Source: a virus
Virus record (IMG/VR): IMGVR_UViG_3300045921_000191
Span: 1 to 64,000 of that record
Reading direction: 5' to 3' (one strand)
Length of the DNA: 64,000 nt
The position numbers and the translations under genes were made by a program. Positions 42,998 through 50,914 of the stretch are shown piece after piece. The notes beneath the pieces were generated by a model that was not told where the DNA came from, searched no databases, and saw nothing but the letters and a program-made list of their open reading frames with translations. Position 1 is the first letter of the stretch. The number at the start of each line of letters is the position of its first letter.

Positions 42998-44650
42998 GTG
43001 ATAAAGATAACAGTTTCTAACTCATATTGTCAAGTGGAAAACTCGACGACTTTTCAGGATGAGAAGTTTGCGAAGGAATTGTCGTATCTTGATCAGAATG
43101 TTAATTTTCAATACAACAAAAACCTAAGATACATCAAAAGCTTAAATGACAAGATTTCGTCGGATCGTTATAACTCAGCCGCTAAAGTAGGCTTTCAGAG
43201 TGAACTAAAAAGAATGCTATTCTTAACTCGCGAGCTTGAAAAGGCTCGCGTTATCTTTCTTTATAAAAATAAGAAGTTCCCTTCTGGACTTTTGCCCAGA
43301 TTCCTTGACTATTTATATTCTGAAAAAATAGACGTAGAAGTTCTTGACAAACGTAAAAAGCCTAAAACTAATCAAATTAAATTCGTGACTCAAAAGCCTC
43401 TGCCACAACTTCGTTACTGCCAAAAAGATGCCGTGAAACTCGCTGTTAGCGAGGGTCGTGGAATTCTAGTAATGCCAACTGGAGTTGGTAAGACAGTAAC
43501 TGCGGTTAAGATTGTCTGGGAACTAGGTCTTCCTACTTTGTTCGTGGCTCCTAGTAAATCAATTGCTGAAATGATGTTTGACACTATGACTGAGTTTTTT
43601 GGTAAAGGGAAAGTGGAAAAGATCACCTCGAAGACCAAAGTCACTAAGAAGCCAATTGGCATCTGTAATATTCAAGGACTTATCAAGGTTCCACCTTCAG
43701 CCGTGAAACAGTTTCAAGTAGTTGTAATTGATGAATTTCATCATTGTCTAGTAGGTGGGACTAAGCTTTTTACTGATAAAGGGGTAAAAAGTATTAAACA
43801 AGTCTTTGATTTTGAAGAGGAGATTAAAGTATTAAGCTTTGACAAACAAGCCAAGCAGTTTGAATTTAAAAAGGTTTTGAATAAATTTGAATACAACGCT
43901 CCTACCAGCTTTATTAAAATCCATTTAGATAATGGTAAAAAGTTAGTTCTTACAGAAGACCATTTAGTATTAACGAATACAGGTTATAAAAAAGCAAAAG
44001 AACTCAAATGCACCGATATTCTAATCGACGGTAAATATACGTGCTTTATTTGCAATAAAAATTTTGAAGATGAGTGTTCTTTAGGCGGTCATATAGCTGG
44101 GCACTTGACTCCTACGGAAGTTAAATTGGAAAATGCTAAACGAATGCTAGCGAGTCCAAATTGGAATTCAGAAAAGGCTAGAAAATTAAATAGCAAATCT
44201 AAAATGGGTGATAAAAATCCTTCAAAAAGGCCAGAAGTTAGAAAGAAAAAAAGCGAATCTCAAAAGCGCTGGTTTAACTCCCTATCTTCTGAGGAAAAAG
44301 CTTGGAGAATTCAAACATTCGTAAATGCACCACTTCAAGGACTTAGAAAAGGTCCTACCTCTTTGGAAAGAAGAATCATAGAATTAAATATTAAGGATCT
44401 TAGATTTGTTGGAGACGGAAGTTTGTGGTTTAAATCTAAAAATAGATATCTAAATCCAGATTTCATAAAAGGAAATAAAGTTATTGAAGTAGGAGATGTG
44501 GAATTTTGGCATTCACAGGAAGATATAGAAGAAAGAATCAAATTACTAGCTAATGTAGGTCTAGAGTGTTTATATCTCACTTCTGATCAATTAAAATTGT
44601 TAAATAATGATGATCTTAAGAAAGTTGTACAGGAATATCTAAATGGCTAA
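42998..44650 (+). CDS. SF2 (UvsW/DEAH-like) helicase N-extein + N-intein + C2H2 finger/NUMOD3/Vsr-like endonuclease
   Basis: LRYCQ, MPTGVGKT, DEFHH, then CLVGGTKL (intein block A) and LTEDH (block B); PDF....VIEV...FWH. Confidence 0.85.
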   Translation: MIKITVSNSYCQVENSTTFQDEKFAKELSYLDQNVNFQYNKNLRYIKSLNDKISSDRYNSAAKVGFQSELKRMLFLTRELEKARVIFLYKNKKFPSGLLPRFLDYLYSEKIDVEVLDKRKKPKTNQIKFVTQKPLPQLRYCQKDAVKLAVSEGRGILVMPTGVGKTVTAVKIVWELGLPTLFVAPSKSIAEMMFDTMTEFFGKGKVEKITSKTKVTKKPIGICNIQGLIKVPPSAVKQFQVVVIDEFHHCLVGGTKLFTDKGVKSIKQVFDFEEEIKVLSFDKQAKQFEFKKVLNKFEYNAPTSFIKIHLDNGKKLVLTEDHLVLTNTGYKKAKELKCTDILIDGKYTCFICNKNFEDECSLGGHIAGHLTPTEVKLENAKRMLASPNWNSEKARKLNSKSKMGDKNPSKRPEVRKKKSESQKRWFNSLSSEEKAWRIQTFVNAPLQGLRKGPTSLERRIIELNIKDLRFVGDGSLWFKSKNRYLNPDFIKGNKVIEVGDVEFWHSQEDIEERIKLLANVGLECLYLTSDQLKLLNNDDLKKVVQEYLNG

Positions 44651-44786
44651 GATTTTGAAAATAGAAAGAATTGCAAATTCTTACGAACTAGATCAATACA
44701 GAACTCGTCGCATTTATTCTAAAGTATACGATATCGAAGTAGAAAAGAATTCAAATTTTGTTGCAAATGGAATAGTAGTTCATAAC
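43745..44786 (+). mobile_element. naturally split intein with homing endonuclease
   Basis: Cys1 at 43745; IntC 44643-44786 ends VYDIEV..NSNFVANGIVVHN, followed by Ser+1. Confidence 0.85.
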
Positions 44787-45473
44787 TCAGCCGCTGAAAC
44801 ATATCAAGAGGTTAACGAGAAGCTTTTGAACGAGGCCTACTTCCGCATTGGTCTAACGGCCACTAACTTCAGGAACGACGGCGCAGATCTTGCACTAGAG
44901 GCTGTTTTGAGCGAAGTCCTTTATGAATATACGGTTAAGCAAGCTTTTGAAGATGGCTTCTTGGTTAGGCCCAAATTTAACATTATACCTATCTCATTCC
45001 CCTCTGAGGGCAAATATCAGGACGTTTACCGCCAAGGTATCGTTGAGAACGTTCAGCGCAACAGAGTCATCTCAGAGCTTGCTATAGAGCATAAGAAAGA
45101 CTCTGTGATTATTTTAGTTCAACAAATTGAACATGGGGAATTGTTAAAAGGTTTGATTCCAGGTTCAGAGTTTATTAATGGTCAGGAAAAAGACACCATG
45201 CGTCAGAAGGCTATGGCCGACTTTCGTAAAGGAAAGCTCAAGTGTTTGATTGGTACTTCAGTGATTGGAGAAGGTGTTGACCTTCCAATTGCAAACGTGC
45301 TCATCATGGCTGGTGGTGGAAAGGCCAGGAGTCAGATCATTCAGAATATCGGTAGAGTATTAAGACTTTATCCTGGTAAAGATGGTGCTTTGATTTACGA
45401 CTTCACAGATCAAGATGGCTCGTTTCTTCAAGAGCATTCAATGCTTCGTCGTGAAGTTTATTCAGGATATTAA
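44643..45473 (+). CDS. C-intein (48 aa) + SF2 helicase C-extein
   Basis: MAKILKIER...HN|SAAETY; GLTAT (motif III), GEGVDLP (V), QNIGRVLR (VI); AGGA RBS. Confidence 0.85.
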   Translation: MAKILKIERIANSYELDQYRTRRIYSKVYDIEVEKNSNFVANGIVVHNSAAETYQEVNEKLLNEAYFRIGLTATNFRNDGADLALEAVLSEVLYEYTVKQAFEDGFLVRPKFNIIPISFPSEGKYQDVYRQGIVENVQRNRVISELAIEHKKDSVIILVQQIEHGELLKGLIPGSEFINGQEKDTMRQKAMADFRKGKLKCLIGTSVIGEGVDLPIANVLIMAGGGKARSQIIQNIGRVLRLYPGKDGALIYDFTDQDGSFLQEHSMLRREVYSGY

Positions 45474-45773
45474 AAGGTAAGCTATAGCTTTATTTAGAAG
45501 CTTTTCGCTGTCTTTAAACATTCCTAGACCTACGTTGCATTTTCTGCACAATAGGCCTCTAGTTTTGCCAGACTGGCGATTGTGATCTATACAGATCTTA
45601 TCTTTTGGAACAAAATCTTCGCAGATAGCGCATTTTCCTAGCTGAATTTCATACATTTTTTCAAAGTCTTCAAGACTGATCTTATATAGGTTTTTTAATT
45701 TAGACTTCCTGGCAGCTTTGGCTTGCGCAAGCGCAGGACGTTTGGAACACGATTTACACCAAGACTGTAAACC
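45462..45773 (-). pseudogene. 5'-truncated endonuclease VII-type HNH gene
   Basis: Frame open back to GLQSWCKSC, with an in-frame TAA before it and no start; CAIC..IDHNR (DHxH decayed), RGLLCRKCN. Confidence 0.65.
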
Positions 45774-45777
45774 TTAC

Positions 45778-45822
45778 AAAAAGCAAAACCCCCGATCACT
45801 CCTTCCTAGGATGATCGAGGGT
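45778..45822 (-). terminator. intrinsic terminator of the tail operon
   Basis: - strand ACCCTCGATCA...TGATCGGGGGT followed by TTTGCTTTTT. Confidence 0.65.
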
Positions 45823-45851
45823 CGCTGTCCTTTGCCGAAGCTTAGGAGGGA

Positions 45852-46259
45852 TTACGGCTGTTCAGGCCATTCAGGGTTCAGAGGATCTAGAGTATTCTCA
45901 GGAAGATCGCGAAGGTTTTGACGATAGGTCGCCCAAAGAGCTTTATCTTCAACTGAAAGAGGTGAATCAGGCAACTGAGTCCAATCACAAGCGCTCAAAC
46001 GCGTGTTGCGTTCTGCACGAAGTGAGTTCATATCTTGCTCAGCAGCAGCCTCTTGAAGTGCAGCATCGACTTGCAGTTCCAACTCGTTTTCTTCATTTAG
46101 AACAGCTTTCATTGCTCTGGGATCGCCAGAAGCTAATTCCAAGTGAGCAAACTGTTCAGGTTGACCCCAAGGTCCACCATACATTCCCTGATTGGCTTCT
46201 TCGGCATCATACCAGCTTGCGATTTCGAGGGTTTCTTTGTTTACGATTGCTACTTTCAT
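45852..46259 (-). CDS. tail fibre assembly chaperone
   Basis: RAERN.RL..CDWTQLPDSPL...W..YRQ.LRDLP...WP. Confidence 0.85.
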   Translation of the reverse strand: MKVAIVNKETLEIASWYDAEEANQGMYGGPWGQPEQFAHLELASGDPRAMKAVLNEENELELQVDAALQEAAAEQDMNSLRAERNTRLSACDWTQLPDSPLSVEDKALWATYRQNLRDLPENTLDPLNPEWPEQP

Positions 46260-46318
46260 TTCTTTTCTCCTTCGAGCTACTAGCTCTTAATTAAACCCAC
46301 TAATTTTGTGGGCGTTGT

Positions 46319-47383
46319 TTACAATTCTGCGTCGAACCCAAAATTTGATATACTTATAAGAGCAGCGTCAGTCAGACCATGACCACTTTTTGTCGCAGTA
46401 ATTTCCAAGTCACAAGCATTAAGAGATGCCGTGTAAGCACTTAGACTAAGTGAAAAACCACTTTGGGCAGTATTGCCAACAGTTCTTACTTGCCAGTTAG
46501 TTCCTTCAACATTGTTTATAAGTGTAGGGGTTGCTCTCATTGGGACTGGAACACGCAATCCGAAGACGATGGTGTTAGCGGTAGGCACACATCCAGCGCG
46601 GTTTCCGAGGTTGCCGTTAGTGAGGAAGGAACAATATCTCTGACAAAGAGCCAGTTCATCAGCGTAGCTTTCTCCAGCCAAAGAGAAAGGAGCCGTCTCA
46701 GTTCCAACATTTAACATTACTTGAGCAATTCTAAAATTAGTCGCTCCAGTATTAACGCCGTTGACCTGATTGGATGTGGCGTATAGGTTTCCAGATTGCC
46801 AAACGTCTTGTGCGGCTTGAAACGAAGTTCCTGCGGCTAATATAAAGCGTAGCCAAAGGCCGACGCCGTTGGAATAGTTCCACGTTCCTGCGGACGGAGT
46901 GGCTTTTAAAGGTATTACAATCTTTTCCCAAGTATTGGCTGAAGTGATTGTGTACTCTTTAATGTAATTCAAATCTAACGCAGAATTAGCCAAAGAGACG
47001 CAATAAATTCCAGGAATAGTTGCTTTTACCCAAAAACTGAGTACCATTGGTTTTTGAGCAATTCTTGCAAAATTAAAACCTTCAATTTTTTGAGCAAGAT
47101 ACATGAGATCGCCAGCAGCAATTGAAGTATCTGGGGTTGTCAAATTTAGTCGAAGTGATCTAGTAGATACTACTCCTGACTCGGCAAAAGTTGGAACGTC
47201 GGTATCCTGAGAAACCGTATGAACCATTGCTCCAACTTTATGATATACCCATCTATCCAAAGAATAAGCCCCATTTGCTATTGCTGCAAAACTAGTTCCT
47301 CGCTGGGCGAAGTCCATATTACCGTTAATAATAAAATTTTGAAGAGGATTATCTCTTAGATCTAAATTTAAAATTTTAGCCAT
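46319..47383 (-). CDS. tail-fibre tip / carbohydrate-binding-like protein, paralog 1
   Basis: NFIINGNMDFAQRG...ELALCQRY...DAEL. Confidence 0.7.
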   Translation of the reverse strand: MAKILNLDLRDNPLQNFIINGNMDFAQRGTSFAAIANGAYSLDRWVYHKVGAMVHTVSQDTDVPTFAESGVVSTRSLRLNLTTPDTSIAAGDLMYLAQKIEGFNFARIAQKPMVLSFWVKATIPGIYCVSLANSALDLNYIKEYTITSANTWEKIVIPLKATPSAGTWNYSNGVGLWLRFILAAGTSFQAAQDVWQSGNLYATSNQVNGVNTGATNFRIAQVMLNVGTETAPFSLAGESYADELALCQRYCSFLTNGNLGNRAGCVPTANTIVFGLRVPVPMRATPTLINNVEGTNWQVRTVGNTAQSGFSLSLSAYTASLNACDLEITATKSGHGLTDAALISISNFGFDAEL

Positions 47384-47392
47384 ATATTCCTC

Positions 47393-48481
47393 TTAAAGTT
47401 CCGCGTCCGCAGTCCAATGCATTTTAATTTGTGCTCCTGCCGTTTGACTGTTAACTAATGCACCAAAATTTCGGTCGTTGGATTCAGAACCTATTGTAAG
47501 AGCTACATCAGAGGCGCCGACTCGGATTTGGTTGACCGCGCCCGTATCTGCACTATAAAGAATAACAGAAGGTGAAGCTCTCTTGCGTACAGCATAAGTA
47601 TTTCCAATTCTAAGTTGACCAGTCGAACCTACGCTGCCCCAATCAGGACCAGCATTGCTTATCGCTGCTGGAACTACATCGATTGCGTAGCTTTTTTCAT
47701 AGTAACGTTGGCAAAGAGCAAGCTCTTCTTGAATGGTTCTTCCTGCGCGAGAAAAGCCAGTGGCCCCCATGCTGGAACCTTCAACCAGAGATACTTGAGC
47801 AAATAGCATATTGTTAGTATTCAAATCCATAATATTTGCAAATGCTGCAGCAGTAGTCGTGTAAAAAGTACCAGTTGACCACGCGTTTAGGCTTCCACCT
47901 TGCCAAGTTGTTCCTTGGGCCGCTGGAGCTAATGTGATTTCCATTGCAAGTTGATTATCAAACAAGTAAGCCCCAGTGCTTTCAAAAGTCACTGCTACAG
48001 TTTTGAATTCCCAAGTATTAGCGGCGCTGATTGCAAATGTTGAAATTAAATTTCTATTTGGGCCAGAAACCGTATTAAAAGCTACTGGAAAAGTTCCTGT
48101 CTTAGAGGACTTGACCCAGAAAGATAAAGTACAAGCTTTTCCATGAAGACGTTGGTAGTCTTGACCTTCCATGCGGTAGGTAAGAGGACGCACAAGATCT
48201 CCAGCAGCAGGAGAGGTAAGAGCAGTTAAACAATTGAAGCGGTAGCTGTATAAAGACGCGTTTCCCGATTGTGCAGGAGTAGGAACATCAGTAGATCGCA
48301 GAATTGAAAAGTTTTTAGAAGTAGCTCCAGTGCCGTAACAGCTCATGCGATCTGCCGTATAAAGGTATACCGTAGAAGCCGTATTCACTGTAGTAGTTGT
48401 GCCTACCACTCGTTGCCAAAAATCAAAATTACCATTTATGATAAAGTTTCGATCATTTCTATCAATTCTAGGTGTTCCCAT
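47393..48481 (-). CDS. tail-fibre tip / carbohydrate-binding-like protein, paralog 2
   Basis: NFIINGNFDFWQR...ELALCQRYYEKSY...HWTADAEL. Confidence 0.7.
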   Translation of the reverse strand: MGTPRIDRNDRNFIINGNFDFWQRVVGTTTTVNTASTVYLYTADRMSCYGTGATSKNFSILRSTDVPTPAQSGNASLYSYRFNCLTALTSPAAGDLVRPLTYRMEGQDYQRLHGKACTLSFWVKSSKTGTFPVAFNTVSGPNRNLISTFAISAANTWEFKTVAVTFESTGAYLFDNQLAMEITLAPAAQGTTWQGGSLNAWSTGTFYTTTAAAFANIMDLNTNNMLFAQVSLVEGSSMGATGFSRAGRTIQEELALCQRYYEKSYAIDVVPAAISNAGPDWGSVGSTGQLRIGNTYAVRKRASPSVILYSADTGAVNQIRVGASDVALTIGSESNDRNFGALVNSQTAGAQIKMHWTADAEL

Positions 48482-48494
48482 TACTCATCCTTCC

Positions 48495-49742
48495 TTAAGG
48501 CACAAACGTAGGCTTGCCATTTAATTGAACATCTCCAGAAACGACCCACTCGGTGGCTGCGGCATTTGCTGCCACGAGCATAGTCGCAGCATTATTGTTT
48601 GCTACGGCGTACCATCCGATAGATCCGCCATTGTTTCCAGCAGCGCAGCAGGCCTGACCAGATGTAAAACCATTTGCAAATGTTAACCCAGTAAATGTTA
48701 AGGTTGTTGAAGTGGCGGAAGCAGTTGTGCCTCTTAGATTAAACTTCATCCTCCATGAGCCATCCCGAGTTCTATAAGGAACTCCGACTCCTTTTGTCAG
48801 GGAGAAAGAGTTGGTGCCAGAAACAGTCAAATCATACTGAGTCAAGGCTGAAAGATTATCTCCTACGTAATTATCAATACTCTGCTTATTGCTGAGTACA
48901 GTATCACCAAAAGCTTTACGCTCCACTTCCGTAGGCGAAGCGGTCAAGTAATCCGTTACTGGATTACCAAACGCAATCGCAGCATCTTCAGCTAATCGTT
49001 GAATGATCCCTTGTTGACGCTCAAGATCTGAAAAGATCTGAACATCGCCACTGTAAATCTGAAATCCGATCTCAAACTGAATCAAATCACTTTGAACAGC
49101 AGGAGCGTTATTGAGTTCTATAGTAGTTCCGTACCCATTGCCAGCATCAATTTCTTGATAGTTACCATCAGCGCTAGGAGAGGCTGTAGCGTTACCTGTG
49201 TTACGAACTTGTAATACACCGTTACGCCAGATCTTAACTGCTCCAATTTGCATTGCAGCATTTTCGTTAACTTTGAAAATAGATCCCAAGTTGACAGTAG
49301 TGTTTCCTACGGGAACTTCTACAGTTCCTTTGATATTACGGCCTTCGCTAACGATTAGATCGCTAACAGGCACTTGATCAATCACACCTTCAAAAATCTC
49401 ACCATCAGCAGCACCTACGTTTAAGTAGTTACCAATGAGCATGATAGTTGTTGCGGTTACTGGAATAAAATCTAGATCTTGAATGAGCATTCCGCCCAAA
49501 GAAGATTTAAGTGAGAGGTTCTTTTTATTGATGGTTAGACGCGCAGCAGCAATTTCAGCAGCCGAGGCGTTAACAAAACTTGGCATTTCAGGAGGAGTCG
49601 TAAGAGCGTTCAAATCGATAGTCGTTTGCCCCAGAGTTGCCTTATGAGCAAAACGAATTTTACGCGTTGCGACAGCAGGAGAACGCGAAGGAGCAACGTC
49701 CTTCTTCCTGATCGAGATAGCTTGTTTTCCGAAAGTACTCAT
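48495..49742 (-). CDS. tail/fibre-associated structural protein
   Basis: KIWRNGVLQ repeat-type motif; beta-rich C-terminus; position in the tail block. Confidence 0.6.
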   Translation of the reverse strand: MSTFGKQAISIRKKDVAPSRSPAVATRKIRFAHKATLGQTTIDLNALTTPPEMPSFVNASAAEIAAARLTINKKNLSLKSSLGGMLIQDLDFIPVTATTIMLIGNYLNVGAADGEIFEGVIDQVPVSDLIVSEGRNIKGTVEVPVGNTTVNLGSIFKVNENAAMQIGAVKIWRNGVLQVRNTGNATASPSADGNYQEIDAGNGYGTTIELNNAPAVQSDLIQFEIGFQIYSGDVQIFSDLERQQGIIQRLAEDAAIAFGNPVTDYLTASPTEVERKAFGDTVLSNKQSIDNYVGDNLSALTQYDLTVSGTNSFSLTKGVGVPYRTRDGSWRMKFNLRGTTASATSTTLTFTGLTFANGFTSGQACCAAGNNGGSIGWYAVANNNAATMLVAANAAATEWVVSGDVQLNGKPTFVP

Positions 49743-49770
49743 ATTCCTTTTACCTTATTCTAATCAAAGA

Positions 49771-49926
49771 TTACAAGTCCTTGATGGGAGTATTTGACCA
49801 ACCAGTAATTGGTGCTTCGACCTCTACCGTATAATTTGTTCCATCAAAATTGCAAGTAATAATTCCTGCTGAGTGAGAAAGAACGATCCTAGGTTTGTAA
49901 GTAGATCTAGTAATTAATTGTGCCAT
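49771..49926 (-). pseudogene. 51-aa remnant of a fibre-tip gene
   Basis: MAQLITRSTYKPRIVL...EAPITGWSNTPIKDL; retains a start and a PIxGWS end motif. Confidence 0.45.
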
Positions 49927-49927
49927 C

Positions 49928-50914
49928 TTATAGCTCCGCGTCCGCGGTCCAATGAAAAGCTACTCGGTTTCCAGAAACAGTTGTGCCTGTAAATATAACA
50001 GAGTCTCCAGATTCAGATGGATCGTTAGTTCTAGCACATGCTATGTTTGTGCCTGCGGTAATGTCCCTACCTGAACCTGAAGCTCCAGTTGCGGTATTAT
50101 ATGTTAAAAAAGTATAGTTTGAAGTTCTTTTAAGAACCCTAAAATACACATGATACGTTACGTTAGTTGTAGTTGGGCTTGTTTCAAAATGTGCTCCATT
50201 TAAAACTGCGGTTCCAGGAGCATCATCTAATCTATAACTTTTCTCATAGTAACGTTGGCACAATGCTAATTCGCCAGAAACATCTTCTCCAGCTAAAGCA
50301 AAATTAGCTGGCGCAGCGCCTTCATTGAGCATCACCTGAGCCAGATCAATAGTCATTGTGGTATTTAGCGGTAATGCTAATATTAGTCGAATATAGTCAG
50401 AACTAGTTCCTAATGTTTTACCTGCGATTGAGGGAATAGAGAAAGTTAAAGTAAATTTTTTCCAACTGGTAGTTAGGTTTACGGTCTGAGCTGCGGTTGA
50501 AACAGGACTTGAGGGAGATCCTCCTGAACCAAACACTTGTTGAAAACTAACGTTCACGCTGCGTGCTGCATCTGCTTTTGCATAAAAACTAAGGGTTGCT
50601 TGTTTTCCAGCTAGAGTTCTGACAGATTCAATTTTGTGTTGAATTTGTCTAGCAGTAGACCCAGAGCCAGCTACAGTCTGCGCCCATCTATAAAAATAAG
50701 TAGGTTCTCCTGGAACATCTGTTTGGCCAAGAGTAAAAGCTTGTCTGGAAATTGTAAATGTTCCAATTGAACCGTCGTAGAAATGCGTAAAACGATCAGC
50801 CGTGTACGCTCCAGAAGAAGGGGTGGTAAACGACGTGCCGCGTTGCCAAAAGTCAAAGTTACCATTTATGATAAAATTTGGACTTGAATTTTTAATTAAT
50901 CCTATTGTCGCCAT
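49928..50914 (-). CDS. tail-fibre tip / carbohydrate-binding-like protein, paralog 3
   Basis: NFIINGNFDFWQRG...ELALCQRYYEKSY...HWTADAEL. Confidence 0.7.
   Translation of the reverse strand: MATIGLIKNSSPNFIINGNFDFWQRGTSFTTPSSGAYTADRFTHFYDGSIGTFTISRQAFTLGQTDVPGEPTYFYRWAQTVAGSGSTARQIQHKIESVRTLAGKQATLSFYAKADAARSVNVSFQQVFGSGGSPSSPVSTAAQTVNLTTSWKKFTLTFSIPSIAGKTLGTSSDYIRLILALPLNTTMTIDLAQVMLNEGAAPANFALAGEDVSGELALCQRYYEKSYRLDDAPGTAVLNGAHFETSPTTTNVTYHVYFRVLKRTSNYTFLTYNTATGASGSGRDITAGTNIACARTNDPSESGDSVIFTGTTVSGNRVAFHWTADAEL

Noticed and set aside
44630-44660. Programmed ribosomal frameshift joining the helicase halves
   Set aside because: No slippery heptamer; an RBS, ATG and a typical IntC N-terminus favour independent initiation
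46319-50914. Diversity-generating retroelement acting on the fibre-tip paralogs
   Set aside because: No reverse transcriptase in the window, no non-coding template repeat, and the differences are not adenine-specific
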